From contig JBIKZT010000001.1 in assembly GCA_044354565.1 (NCBI GenBank), forward strand, positions 724-64,723: a stretch of DNA of 64,000 nucleotides, read 5' to 3'. Source of the DNA: Ilumatobacteraceae bacterium (GTDB lineage: Bacteria; Actinomycetota; Acidimicrobiia; Acidimicrobiales; Ilumatobacteraceae). Below are positions 26,917 to 37,023 of this stretch, piece by piece. Every line of letters starts with the position of its first letter. Positions within the stretch are counted from its first letter, which is position 1. Position numbers and translations under genes: made by a program. The notes under the pieces are model-generated. The model worked only from the letters and a program-made list of their open reading frames with translations, was not told where the DNA came from and ran no database searches.

Positions 26917-28098
26917 ATGGCCGGTTCATACATCGTCGCAGGAGCACGCACACCCATTGGAAAAATGAGTGGTGCACTTTCTTCATTCAGCGCAGCAGAC
27001 CTCGGTGGTTTTGCCATCAAGGCAGCCCTCGAGCGCGCAGGCGTCAAGCCAGAAGACGTAGAGCACGTCATCATGGGTCAAGTTCTCATGGCTGGTCAGG
27101 GTCAAGTACCTGCACGTCAAGCAGCTTCAAAGGGTGGCATCCCGATGAATATTCCTTCCATCAACATCAACAAGGTGTGCTTGTCAGGTTTGAACTCCAT
27201 TTATCTTGCAGACCAAATGATCGCTTCCGGTGAAGCAGACATTGTGATTGCGGGTGGCATGGAAAGCATGACCAACGCGCCATATCTTGCACAGGGTGCA
27301 CGTGGTGGTTTCCGTTACGGCAACACAGAACTTCAAGACGCAATTGTTCGTGACGGTTTGTGGTGTGCATTCGATGCGTGCCTCATGGGCCTTGGTACCG
27401 ACCGTTACACCGACGGCAAGATCAGTCGTCAAGAACAAGACGACCTTGCAATGAAGAGCAACGTTCGCGCAGCAGCAGCAATTGCAGCTGGTCGCCTTGC
27501 AGATGAAATTGTTGAAGTTGCAGTTCCACAGCGCAAGGGTGACCCTGTCATGGTGAAGAACGACGAAGGTGTTCGCGCAGACACAACAATGGATTCACTC
27601 GGTGGATTGAAGCCAGCATTCGACAAAGAAGGAACAATCACTGCTGCAAACGCAAGTCAGATTTCTGACGGCGGTTCTGCAGTTGTCATGATGAGCAAAA
27701 AAGCAGCTGAGGCTCGCGGCATCAAGCCACTCGGCGAAGTTGTTTCATACGGCATGGTTGCTGGCCCAGACAACGCTTCTCTTCTTCATCAGCCAAGTCG
27801 CTCCATCATGAAGGCACTTGATCGTGTTGGCATGAAAGTTGGCGATGTTGACTTGTTCGAATTGAACGAAGCATTCGCAGCAGTTGGTATCGCATCTATG
27901 CGTGAACTCGGAATCTCCGACGACATCGTCAACGTAAACGGTGGCGCTATTGCATTGGGTCACCCAATCGGCATGAGCGGTAACCGTCTTGCTCTCACCA
28001 TCTTGCACGAACTTCATCGTCGTGGTGGCGGTGTAGGTGCAGCAGCATTGTGCGGCGGCGGCGGACAAGGCGACGCAATCATCGTTCGCACCGTTTAA
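26917..28098 (+). CDS. acetyl-CoA C-acetyltransferase (thiolase II)
   Basis: IVAGARTPIGK, active-site NKVCLSGL, NEAFA, and GGAIALGHPIG...CGGGGQG are present. The ATG at 26917 follows GGAG. Confidence 0.9.
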   Translation: MAGSYIVAGARTPIGKMSGALSSFSAADLGGFAIKAALERAGVKPEDVEHVIMGQVLMAGQGQVPARQAASKGGIPMNIPSININKVCLSGLNSIYLADQMIASGEADIVIAGGMESMTNAPYLAQGARGGFRYGNTELQDAIVRDGLWCAFDACLMGLGTDRYTDGKISRQEQDDLAMKSNVRAAAAIAAGRLADEIVEVAVPQRKGDPVMVKNDEGVRADTTMDSLGGLKPAFDKEGTITAANASQISDGGSAVVMMSKKAAEARGIKPLGEVVSYGMVAGPDNASLLHQPSRSIMKALDRVGMKVGDVDLFELNEAFAAVGIASMRELGISDDIVNVNGGAIALGHPIGMSGNRLALTILHELHRRGGGVGAAALCGGGGQGDAIIVRTV

Positions 28099-28105
28099 GA
28101 ACTAC

Positions 28106-29329
28106 ATGTTCCAAGAGCCACTCACTCGTGCACTTCATGTTGCACGGTGGGTGGCTTTTGCAATTGTGGTCGGCGTTATTTCCGGCCTTCTCTCGGCAGC
28201 GTTCATTGAGTCACTGACGTGGTCTACAAACACACGCGTGGACAAGTCATGGTTCATCTGGACATTGCCAATAGCGGGCCTAATCGTTGGTGCCTCGTAT
28301 CACTACCTGGGTCGTGGTCTTGAACGCGGCAGCAATTTGCTCATCGACGAGATCCACTCTCATTCCGAATGGGTTCCCTTTCGAATAGCTCCACTCGTAT
28401 TCATGACAAGTGTTATCTCTCACCTTGCTGGTGGCTCCACAGGTCGTGAAGGCGCTGCGTTACAAATTGCCGCAGGAGCAACAGACCCCATCAGCAAGCG
28501 ACTTGGTCTAAACCCTGGAGATAGATCACTCATGCTCATCACAGCAATCGCTGGTGGTTTTGGTTCCATTGCCGGAGTTCCCATTGCAGGCGCAGTGTTC
28601 GCACTTGAAGTTCAACGCGTTGGGCGTATTCGCTACGAGGCCTTAGTGCCGGCGTTCGTCGCGAGTTTTGTAGGTCACGCAGTTGTTCGTGGTCTCGGAG
28701 TTAACTACACCATCTACCCACAAATTCCAGATGTGACATGGTCCCCCACTATCGCGTGGCAAATCTCATTGTTCGGATTAGTTGCCGGACTCATCGCACT
28801 GACATTCGTGCGACTTACTCAATTCATTCGTGGCCTGATGAAGAAACATGTTGCGTGGTATCCGGCTCGACCACTCATCGGCGGAATCATCTTGCTCGTA
28901 CTCATCACAGCATGTGGCTGGCGCGATTACCAAGGCTTTTCCTTCCCACTCATGTTGAGCGCAATGAACGGCGCAACATCTGGTCACTTCGAAGTGAAAC
29001 TTCTACTTACTGCCATCACTATCGGTACAGGTTTCGTCGGTGGAGAAGTAATTCCGTTACTCACAACGGGTGCGTTGGCCGGTGCAACTTTTGGCAGTTT
29101 CGTTGGGGGCAACATTGCCGTTTTTGCAATTGTTGGCGCGGTTGCAGTTCTTGCGGGGGCAACGAACACACCGCTGGCGTGCGCCCTTATTGGTATCGAG
29201 TTATTTGGTGGTGGTGGTGCGATGCTTTTTGCTGTTGCATGTGTTGCGGCGTATGCAACAAGTGGCCACACCGGTATCTACCATGCTCAAAAAGTATCGG
29301 CCCACAAGTCGGGCGAAGTTACTTCTTAG
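28106..29329 (+). CDS. ClC family voltage-gated chloride channel/antiporter
   Basis: [11 protein letters not shown] and [12 protein letters not shown] selectivity-filter motifs with multiple TM helices. The ATG at 28106 lies just after the thiolase stop. Confidence 0.85.
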   Translation: MFQEPLTRALHVARWVAFAIVVGVISGLLSAAFIESLTWSTNTRVDKSWFIWTLPIAGLIVGASYHYLGRGLERGSNLLIDEIHSHSEWVPFRIAPLVFMTSVISHLAGGSTGREGAALQIAAGATDPISKRLGLNPGDRSLMLITAIAGGFGSIAGVPIAGAVFALEVQRVGRIRYEALVPAFVASFVGHAVVRGLGVNYTIYPQIPDVTWSPTIAWQISLFGLVAGLIALTFVRLTQFIRGLMKKHVAWYPARPLIGGIILLVLITACGWRDYQGFSFPLMLSAMNGATSGHFEVKLLLTAITIGTGFVGGEVIPLLTTGALAGATFGSFVGGNIAVFAIVGAVAVLAGATNTPLACALIGIELFGGGGAMLFAVACVAAYATSGHTGIYHAQKVSAHKSGEVTS

Positions 29330-29934
29330 GCTTCCATGCGTTGGCGATTACCAAACGCGCGGCCCAACGTGACTTCGTCGGCGAATTCAATATCGCCACC
29401 TACTGGCAGACCGCTTGCCAAGCGAGATACCTCTACGCCAACGGGCGACAACAAACGAGCCAAGTACATCGCCGTAATGTCACCTTCGGTGTTGTTGCTT
29501 GTGCACACCACAACTTCAGAGATTTCTTCAGGCTTGATACGTGTTAACAACTCGCGCACTTTGAGATGTTCTGGGTTCACACCTTGAAGCGGATCTAACA
29601 GACCAAGCAGTACGTGATACCGACCACGAAATTCGCCTGTTCGTTCAATGGCAACAACGTCGCGCGAATCTTCAACAACACACACAATGGACGAGTTGCG
29701 CTTGGTGTCGGAACAGATGTTGCACAACTCAGAATCGGTGAGATTGAAACACACTGAGCAAAACTTCACTCGTTGCTTTGCGTCGACTAATGCTTGGGCA
29801 AGTCGAGTGACATCGTGTTCGTCGGACTTAATGATGTGAAGCGCTAAACGTTGCGCGCTACGTGGCCCAATGCCAGGCAAGCGACCGAGTTCATCAATCA
29901 GTAACTGAACTGGAGGCGTGTAGGGAGACGCCAT
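29326..29934 (-). CDS. recR: recombination protein RecR
   Basis: [13 protein letters not shown] (HhH), the C4 zinc finger CSVC...CNIC, and a Toprim segment VCVVED..D are present. Confidence 0.92.
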   Translation of the reverse strand: MASPYTPPVQLLIDELGRLPGIGPRSAQRLALHIIKSDEHDVTRLAQALVDAKQRVKFCSVCFNLTDSELCNICSDTKRNSSIVCVVEDSRDVVAIERTGEFRGRYHVLLGLLDPLQGVNPEHLKVRELLTRIKPEEISEVVVCTSNNTEGDITAMYLARLLSPVGVEVSRLASGLPVGGDIEFADEVTLGRAFGNRQRMEA

Positions 29935-29937
29935 GAA

Positions 29938-31758
29938 TTATTTCCGACCGCGTGGTGACTTCGGCGCTGGAGGGGGTTCCGCCGCAGGGGTTTCATCCAT
30001 GATGACACCTTGCGGAAATGAAGAGGTAAGTGCTTCAAGCATTGGATCGATTGCGTTATCTACAGCAATTGTTTCCGAAAGGTCAATCTCTGCATACGGA
30101 TCTTCAGCAACGACAACATCAATTGTCTTTGTTTCGGTCTCGTCGACTTCAGCAATGACTGGGCGCTTCATGCCGGTGGGGCTTGTGGGGTCTGCCTGCA
30201 CCAAAGTGACTGCATATGTAGTGCCACACACTTGCTTAATTGCAGCAACAACCGTGGCTACTTGTTCTTGTGCGCGTTTCACTGGTGTGTTGTTTGGCAG
30301 ACGAATGACAATCTTCTTGCCTTCAACAGATTCAATGACTGCTGGTTTAAAGATTGCTTTGGCAATACCGCGCATTGCATCCGTAATTTGTGGCCATGCT
30401 TGTGCAGGATCAACGCCAGTAGTTGCGGGCGCATCAGTAACGACTGGTGCACTCTGAGCGGGTGGAACTGGAATCTCCGAAGTATTTGCCGACTCGCCTG
30501 CAGGTACTGGCTCGACGGGTGCGGCTTGTGCCGGCACTGGAGCCTCGGGGGCTGGGCGCTCGGTGCCACCAGTTGCGTGACCACCAATTTTGGCTCGGCC
30601 AGTTGTGGGGTTCACTGGTGCTTGTGGCGCTGCAGCAGCAATACCTTTTTCACGCAACACTTTGACAGCTTCTTCAAGTTGACCCACGCGCGCAAGCAAG
30701 TTTTCTGTGCTGTTGTCGAGAATTGGTGACGACAATTGCACCACTGCTACTTCTAACAACAAACGTGCATCTGGTGCATGGCGCATTTCCACCATGGTGG
30801 TGCCGAGAGTTTCCATCACACGCACAATTCGTTGTACACCCATATCACGGGCATACGTATTGAGTTCTGCAATGCGTGAATCTGGTAACTGCACTAGTTC
30901 GGGAGACATAAGCGACAAGAAACAGTCGCGCATAGTGCGCACTACATCTTCTGCAAACGTGTGTGGGTCGCGACCTTGTTGCATGGCGCGAGCAACTGCG
31001 GCAAGTGCTGCTGCATGATCACGTTCAATGATGGCGCGCACAATGTCTTCAGTGTGCATTGCTTCTTCAGGTTCGCCCCCACCAGAGACGACAAGTTCCA
31101 GGGCAGACAATGTGTCACGCGCACTACCCGCACCTTGACGCAACACAATGTTGATTGCGTCATCGTCAACCGTGAGTTCTGCTTCTTTGATAACAAAACG
31201 CACATACTTTTCCAGTTCATCAACGGGAAGTAAATGAAACTGCAAATGCTGAACACGACTACGAATCGTTTCGGAAATTTTCTGTGGGTCTGTAGTTGCA
31301 AGAACAAACACCACTTGTGCCGGCGGCTCTTCCAATGTCTTTAGCAACGCAGCTTCTGCACCGCGAGTAAGCATGTGCACTTCGTCCAAAATAAACACTC
31401 GGTGTCGACCAGGGCTAGTGAGAGCAGCCGCTTCAATAATGTCGCGAATTTCTTGAACACCGTTGTTGCTCGCAGCGTCGAGTTCCAGAACGTCGTAACT
31501 GGTGCCAACTTCTACTGCTTTGCATGAATCACATACACAGCACGGCTCACCCTCGACGGGGTTTTCACAGTTCAGAACCTTGGCCAAGATGCGCGCGGTG
31601 GTGGTCTTGCCGGTTCCACGCGGGCCTGAGAATAAGTAGGCCTGGCCTTCACGGCCGTTGATGACCGCATTACGCAATGCACGCACCACGTGGTCCTGCC
31701 CGTACAGCTCGGAGAACTTCCGAGGTCGGAATCGTCGATACAGGGACTGCGTAGCCAT
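29938..31758 (-). CDS. dnaX: DNA polymerase III subunit gamma/tau
   Basis: YRRFRPRKFSELYGQ, GPRGTGKTT, ILDEVHML and SARD are present. The C-terminal half is Pro/Ala-rich. The ATG at 31758 was chosen. Confidence 0.9.
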   Translation of the reverse strand: MATQSLYRRFRPRKFSELYGQDHVVRALRNAVINGREGQAYLFSGPRGTGKTTTARILAKVLNCENPVEGEPCCVCDSCKAVEVGTSYDVLELDAASNNGVQEIRDIIEAAALTSPGRHRVFILDEVHMLTRGAEAALLKTLEEPPAQVVFVLATTDPQKISETIRSRVQHLQFHLLPVDELEKYVRFVIKEAELTVDDDAINIVLRQGAGSARDTLSALELVVSGGGEPEEAMHTEDIVRAIIERDHAAALAAVARAMQQGRDPHTFAEDVVRTMRDCFLSLMSPELVQLPDSRIAELNTYARDMGVQRIVRVMETLGTTMVEMRHAPDARLLLEVAVVQLSSPILDNSTENLLARVGQLEEAVKVLREKGIAAAAPQAPVNPTTGRAKIGGHATGGTERPAPEAPVPAQAAPVEPVPAGESANTSEIPVPPAQSAPVVTDAPATTGVDPAQAWPQITDAMRGIAKAIFKPAVIESVEGKKIVIRLPNNTPVKRAQEQVATVVAAIKQVCGTTYAVTLVQADPTSPTGMKRPVIAEVDETETKTIDVVVAEDPYAEIDLSETIAVDNAIDPMLEALTSSFPQGVIMDETPAAEPPPAPKSPRGRK

Positions 31759-31853
31759 CGGAGCGACCCTACCAATGAGGTGCATCGCCGCCCTGCGTGT
31801 GCGAAGGTGAAACACCCCCGGCGGTCATTCCTTGGCTACCGTTTCCTTACCTC

Positions 31854-33716
31854 ATGCGTCGCCTACCCACATTCCTGCTCGCGCTCATCGCGTTCCTCGC
31901 CATTGGGGCGGGGCCTGCCTCGGCAGCCGGCGACAACACCCTCGCCAGTTCCAGCCCAGCGGCTGGCGAAGTCATTGATCTTGCCCCCACCCAGATTCAA
32001 TTGAAGTTCACACTTCCCTTGGGAGGCGCTGACGCCGTAGGGAAAATGGGGCTCTCGCTTTCCTGTGAATCACAATTGGTGAACCTTGGACCACCAGCAC
32101 TGTCAGCCGACGGAGTCACCGTGTCGGCTGCTCTCACCCAAGCTCCACCAAATGGGAAATGTGTTGTTAGTTGGTCGCTGCCCGACACCAGCACCGGCAC
32201 ATTTAGTTTCACTGCACAAACTCAAGCCACCACCACAGTGCCAGGCACAACACCTGGCGGAACAGACACCAGTATTCCTACCGATGGTGAGACTGCAACC
32301 AGCACGCCACGTGTTGGTGGCCCACTCGGATTGTTCCGATGGATTGCTTTCTTTTTTGTCGCTGCATTGTTTGGCGGAATTGTTTTCATTCGTCTGATGT
32401 GGCCAGAGGGAGTTGAGTACCCGATTACTGAAAAATATTTCCGACAGATTTCAATACTCGCCTTTGTCTCTACATATTTTGTTGCTGCAGCAATGAACGC
32501 ACAAGAAGGATCCACTGGAATCGGATCTTCATTGTCACCTACTTCGTGGGGACCATTGTTCGGCACCAAAGAAGGCAATGCAGTTATCTTGCGACTTGTA
32601 TGCATCGCAGTGTTAGGCAGCCTCACGTGGATTACAGAACGTATTTTCGTTCCATCACTAAATGCTGTTGTCATTGGCTCTCTCAGTATCACAATGTTGA
32701 CTTACGGTTTCGATAGAGCAACGGGACGCGCCGTGATCATCGGCATTGTTCTCGCTATTGCACACATGGCCCTGATCTCTGTATGGGTAGGTGGAATCGC
32801 CCTTATTTGGCGCGTTGTTTTGCATGGTCCAGGCGACATCGATCTTGTGCACGCATTGCGCACATGGAGTCGCAGCAATACTCCACTCACCATTGGCATT
32901 GTTCTCACTGGCTTTGCACAAGTGTGGCGTCTCGACGGTCTGAGTCTCATCAATAGTGGTCACGGTCGAGTTGTACTTTTGAAAATACTCATCGTCGGCG
33001 CACTGCTGTTTGTAAGCGCAGTCATTCGACAATTCGTTATGCGCGGAATGCAACGAGCAAACTCGCTGAACGAAAAAGTTGTCTATCGTTTGAAACGACC
33101 AGTTGGTCTTGAACTTTCCATCAGCATCATTGTTCTTGCATTGTCATCGTGGATGCTGTCAATGCGGCCACCATATATTTTGTTGCGTGATCGTGGGCCA
33201 GTTGTTGAATACGCAATCGTGCAAGACCTTGAAGGAAAGGATGACTTTCACGTTCGGTTGTCCATCACACCAGGCAACGTTGGCGCCAACAAAGTTCTTG
33301 TAGAACTCTTTGGTCCGGAACGAATTCAAAACTTCACCATTAAGTTCACACCGGAAAATCCAAACTTCCCTGGGTACACATTGTTTGTTCCCATCACTCG
33401 TCCAGGTGGTGCACTCACCACTGAAGAAGCTGGAATGAACTTCAAGGCACCAGGCGTGTGGACCGCCACCATCACAGGTGTCACCACCACCGGAGACCTC
33501 GAACCACTCACCACCACATTTGTGATTGCCGACGGCACCACGGTGACCACGCTTCCCCAACAAGGATTGAAAGTGGGCTCCACCACAACCCCACCGACCA
33601 CGGTGCCCCCCACCATGGCTCCCACCATCGCGCCAACTATTGCTCCTACCGTGCCGCCCACTGTCGCGCCTTCGGTGCCAGTGGCCCCGGTGGTCACTAC
33701 GCTCCCACCCGGATAA
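31854..33716 (+). CDS. fused CopC-CopD copper resistance family membrane protein with extra C-terminal extracytoplasmic domain and Pro/Thr-repeat tail
   Basis: Signal peptide, then a CopC-like beta domain (SSSPAAGEVI...P..I.L.F), then about 8 TM helices of CopD type, then a soluble domain and the PT tail. Confidence 0.7.
   Translation: MRRLPTFLLALIAFLAIGAGPASAAGDNTLASSSPAAGEVIDLAPTQIQLKFTLPLGGADAVGKMGLSLSCESQLVNLGPPALSADGVTVSAALTQAPPNGKCVVSWSLPDTSTGTFSFTAQTQATTTVPGTTPGGTDTSIPTDGETATSTPRVGGPLGLFRWIAFFFVAALFGGIVFIRLMWPEGVEYPITEKYFRQISILAFVSTYFVAAAMNAQEGSTGIGSSLSPTSWGPLFGTKEGNAVILRLVCIAVLGSLTWITERIFVPSLNAVVIGSLSITMLTYGFDRATGRAVIIGIVLAIAHMALISVWVGGIALIWRVVLHGPGDIDLVHALRTWSRSNTPLTIGIVLTGFAQVWRLDGLSLINSGHGRVVLLKILIVGALLFVSAVIRQFVMRGMQRANSLNEKVVYRLKRPVGLELSISIIVLALSSWMLSMRPPYILLRDRGPVVEYAIVQDLEGKDDFHVRLSITPGNVGANKVLVELFGPERIQNFTIKFTPENPNFPGYTLFVPITRPGGALTTEEAGMNFKAPGVWTATITGVTTTGDLEPLTTTFVIADGTTVTTLPQQGLKVGSTTTPPTTVPPTMAPTIAPTIAPTVPPTVAPSVPVAPVVTTLPPG
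33581..33713 (+). repeat. in-frame 12-nt periodic Pro/Thr/Ala/Val repeat (APT[IV] units) at the 3' end of the copCD-like gene
   Basis: The translation reads TTTPPTTVPPTMAPTIAPTIAPTVPPTVAPSVPVAPVVTTLPP. Confidence 0.6.
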
Positions 33717-33761
33717 CGGCATTTCACCCCGTTTCGCCCATCAGATAGGCAGAAGCCCTCA

Positions 33762-35348
33762 ATGGGCACTAGCGTTTCGCAGGTGACTGATACCTCTGGC
33801 TCTTCGATGCAGAACAAAATTGACGACCTTCGGGACCGTCAGCAGCAGGCGATCAACGCCGGAAGCCCGCGCTCCGTGGAGCGCCACAAGGGCAAGGGAA
33901 AATTGTTGGCCCGCGAGCGCATCGACTACCTCTGCGACCCAGGCTCTTTCCACGAACTCGACATGTTGGCTCGCCACCGTGCTCATGCTGCAGGCCTAGA
34001 AGAGCGCCCATACACAGACGGCGTTATCACCGGTTGGGGCACCATCGAAGGTCGCAAAGTTTTCCTTTTCAGTCAAGACTTCACCGTGTTCGGCGGAGCG
34101 CTTGGTGAAGTGTTCGCCGAGAAGATTCATAAGTTGATGGACCTTGCACTCAAAGTTGGTGCACCCGTAATTGGTTTGAACGACGGCGCTGGTGCTCGTA
34201 TTCAAGAAGGTGTTGTTTCGCTTGCTTCATACGGCGGCATCTTTTATCGCAACGTGCAGTCCTCTGGTGTTGTTCCACAAATTTCTGTCATTCTCGGACC
34301 ATGTGCTGGTGGCGCTGTGTATTCACCAGCAATGACCGACTTCATTTTCATGGTGCGCGAATCAAGCCACATGTTCATTACTGGCCCAGACGTTGTAAAG
34401 ACAGTTACTGGTGAAGACGTGACATTGGAGGAACTTGGTGGCGCAATGAGCCACGCTTCGAAATCTGGTGTTGCAACATTTGTTTCTAATGACGAACAGT
34501 CATGTCTCGACGATGTGCGCTTCTTGCTTTCGTTCCTTCCACAAAACAACCTTGAAGAAGCACCGCTTGTCGAAACTGCTGATGATCCAGATCGTCTCTG
34601 TGAATCACTGCGCGACATTCTTCCTGCATCACCGAACCAGCCATACGACATGAAGAAAGTCATTCGTGAAGTTGTAGACGACGGTGAATTCTTTGAGTAT
34701 TTCCCACATTGGGCAAAGAGCATCGTGTGCGGTTTCTCTCGTGTTGAAGGAAAAACAGTCGGCGTAGTGGGCAACCAGCCAATGGCGTTTGCTGGTGTTC
34801 TCGACATTGAGTCATCTGAAAAAGCAGCACGTTTTGTACGTACCTGCGACGCATTCAATATTCCACTGCTTACTTTCGTAGACGTACCTGGCTTCTTGCC
34901 AGGCGTCAACCAAGAGCACGAAGGCATTATTCGCCATGGCGCAAAGTTGTTGTACGCATTCTGTGAAGCAACAGTTCCACGTATTCAGATCATTACTCGT
35001 AAGGCCTATGGCGGTGCGTACGTGGTGATGAACTCAAAGTCCATCGGTGCAGACCTTGCATACGCATGGCCTACTGCAGAACTTGCAGTTATGGGACCAC
35101 AAGGTGCAGTAGAGATTGTGTACAAGCGAGAACTGCAACAAGCAGCAGACCCTGTTGCGCGACGTGCAGAACTGATTGCTGAATACACAGAGAAGTACGC
35201 AAACCCATATGCAGCCGCCGAACGTGGTTACATTGACGACGTTATTGACCCAGCAGATACACGACGCAAAGTTGTTGCCGGATTGCGCATGTTGCAAACA
35301 AAGCGCGAAGAGCTCCCACGCCGCAAACACGGCAACATGCCTCTTTAG
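33762..35348 (+). CDS. pccB: acyl-CoA (propionyl-CoA) carboxylase carboxyltransferase beta subunit
   Basis: 528 aa with GKLLARERIDYL.DPGSF.E, GGA.G..FA.KI, LNDGAGARIQEG and the ITRKAYGGAY motif. Confidence 0.9.
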   Translation: MGTSVSQVTDTSGSSMQNKIDDLRDRQQQAINAGSPRSVERHKGKGKLLARERIDYLCDPGSFHELDMLARHRAHAAGLEERPYTDGVITGWGTIEGRKVFLFSQDFTVFGGALGEVFAEKIHKLMDLALKVGAPVIGLNDGAGARIQEGVVSLASYGGIFYRNVQSSGVVPQISVILGPCAGGAVYSPAMTDFIFMVRESSHMFITGPDVVKTVTGEDVTLEELGGAMSHASKSGVATFVSNDEQSCLDDVRFLLSFLPQNNLEEAPLVETADDPDRLCESLRDILPASPNQPYDMKKVIREVVDDGEFFEYFPHWAKSIVCGFSRVEGKTVGVVGNQPMAFAGVLDIESSEKAARFVRTCDAFNIPLLTFVDVPGFLPGVNQEHEGIIRHGAKLLYAFCEATVPRIQIITRKAYGGAYVVMNSKSIGADLAYAWPTAELAVMGPQGAVEIVYKRELQQAADPVARRAELIAEYTEKYANPYAAAERGYIDDVIDPADTRRKVVAGLRMLQTKREELPRRKHGNMPL

Positions 35349-35354
35349 GAAATC

Positions 35355-35810
35355 ATGACTGACTCATTTGCCTCCGACTTTGCTGGTACACCATCTGTTG
35401 GTTTTGGAATTAGTAGCGAACCTAAAGCAGGTTTTTGGATTCGAGCTTTGGCAAACATCTGTGACGGCATCATGGTGTCTCTCGTCAACCTTCCCTTGGC
35501 AGTGATCGCTGCCAGTGCAAGTGACGATGCGCAAGTACCTTTTCAACTCGCCCAGATGGTCCTTTCATTAGTTGTGTTGTCGTACTGGATGGGCACGCAA
35601 GGTGGCTCACCGTTGCGCCGCAAGTTAGGCATCTACGTGCTCGACGCCGAGACTGGTGCGTTCATTGGTAAGGGTCGTGCTGCAAAGCGCATCCTGATGA
35701 GTTGGGTTTCTGCGCTTGCATTGTTCGTTGGATACCTATGGATGATCTGGGATCCTCAGAAGCAAACATGGCACGACAAGGTTGCGCATTCAGTGGTGGT
35801 TCGTCGATGA
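35355..35810 (+). CDS. RDD family membrane protein
   Basis: GFWIRALANICDGIM, three TM segments, and a C-terminal Q.WHDK.A.S.VV characteristic of RDD domains. Confidence 0.7.
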   Translation: MTDSFASDFAGTPSVGFGISSEPKAGFWIRALANICDGIMVSLVNLPLAVIAASASDDAQVPFQLAQMVLSLVVLSYWMGTQGGSPLRRKLGIYVLDAETGAFIGKGRAAKRILMSWVSALALFVGYLWMIWDPQKQTWHDKVAHSVVVRR

Positions 35811-36004
35811 ATACTTCCATTGCATCTATTTCACCGGTACCAACCGAAGAAGAAGCGGCCGCCATTATTGCTGCAGTCACTCTCATGTGGCCACAACCTG
35901 TGGCGGCGTCCACCACTGACAACAAGCCCAATGTGGCTTGGCGTTTTAGTGGCCGTTGGTGGGCTAACGACGCAATCTCTCGTCGCACTCGACCAGGAGC
36001 ATAA
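35807..36004 (+). CDS. accE: acyl-CoA carboxylase epsilon subunit (65 aa)
   Basis: Its ATG overlaps the RDD gene stop (ATGA). PTEEEAAAIIAAVTLM ... AWRFSGRWW resembles actinobacterial AccE/PccE peptides (EELAA..AV then a W/R-rich end). It is below the size of a normal annotated track ORF start. Confidence 0.55.
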   Translation: MNTSIASISPVPTEEEAAAIIAAVTLMWPQPVAASTTDNKPNVAWRFSGRWWANDAISRRTRPGA

Positions 36005-36006
36005 AC

Positions 36007-37023
36007 ATGTCGTCGGCGAGCGGCACTGAACTCACCACAGTCGCAGACGACCTTGCCGTTTTTCATCACGGCACACACGTCATCCGCCACGAGAACTTGG
36101 AGCCCAACACCGCGTACACCGAACACGGAATTGATTTCCGCACACTGGCTCGTCCAAGTGGAAAATTGCTCAGTGTGTTTGCCACTGTGAACGACGTTCA
36201 CTTTGGCGAAACAGAGTGTGGTCGTGTTGACGACAACCTCAATGGCCCCATTCAACGTGCCCTTCCTGGTGAACAGCCGTACCCCATCACAATGAACTCA
36301 GGTGCGATTGCAGAGATACAGCAACTGCAACCCAATGCAGTTCTTGTAAAAGGTGATCTCACGTGCAATGGCACAGACGATGAGTTCGCCGCATTTCGCG
36401 AACACTATGTAGATGGCTTTGGAGACAAACTGTTTGTTGCACGAGGCAACCACGATGCATACATGGGCCAGAACGAATTCACCGGTGATCAATGGATTCA
36501 ATTACCTGGTGTCACCATTGCACTCATCGACACAACAATCCCCACCATCACAACTGGCCGCATCGACCCCGAACAATTTGAGTGGCTCGACGCGCAACTG
36601 TCTGCAAGCACATCACCAGTTCTCATCATGGGTCATCACCAACAGTGGATAGAAGGCGCTCGCAGCGATGACTACTTCGGGTTGCATCCAGACAGCAGTG
36701 ACCAGTTAGACGAACTAGCAGTACGTCATGCATGTGTACTTGCATATACAGCAGGCCATACGCACCGTCACCGTGTGCGCAAGATGACTCGGTCAAGTAT
36801 TCCGTCAGTGGAAATTGGATGCGTGAAAGATTTCCCGGGTTCATGGGGTGAATACCGCGTGTACGAAGGCGGAGTCATGCAGATTGTTCATCGCATCTCT
36901 ACACCTGAGGCATTGCAGTGGAGCGAGCGTTGCCGTCACTTGTATGAAGACTTTGGTGTGCACTACGAGACATATGCAATGGGTGCACTCGAGCAACGCT
37001 GTTTCAATATCGAGTTGCGATGA
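36007..37023 (+). CDS. metallophosphoesterase (calcineurin-like)
   Basis: Motifs VNDVHFG, GDLTCNG, ARGNHD, GHHQ and GHTHRH are present. Confidence 0.8.
   Translation: MSSASGTELTTVADDLAVFHHGTHVIRHENLEPNTAYTEHGIDFRTLARPSGKLLSVFATVNDVHFGETECGRVDDNLNGPIQRALPGEQPYPITMNSGAIAEIQQLQPNAVLVKGDLTCNGTDDEFAAFREHYVDGFGDKLFVARGNHDAYMGQNEFTGDQWIQLPGVTIALIDTTIPTITTGRIDPEQFEWLDAQLSASTSPVLIMGHHQQWIEGARSDDYFGLHPDSSDQLDELAVRHACVLAYTAGHTHRHRVRKMTRSSIPSVEIGCVKDFPGSWGEYRVYEGGVMQIVHRISTPEALQWSERCRHLYEDFGVHYETYAMGALEQRCFNIELR

Noticed and set aside
28738-29547. 269-aa plus-strand ORF in an alternative frame of the ClC gene, running antisense into recR
   Set aside because: The Cys/Trp/Arg-rich translation is typical of an off-frame read. 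It is fully overlapped by two strongly supported genes.
30640-30655. Possible dnaX programmed -1 frameshift site (GAAAAAGG on the coding strand)
   Set aside because: It is not the canonical A AAA AAG heptamer in the dnaX frame (the codons read CGT GAA AAA GGT). I found no downstream stem-loop or nearby -1 frame stop pattern.
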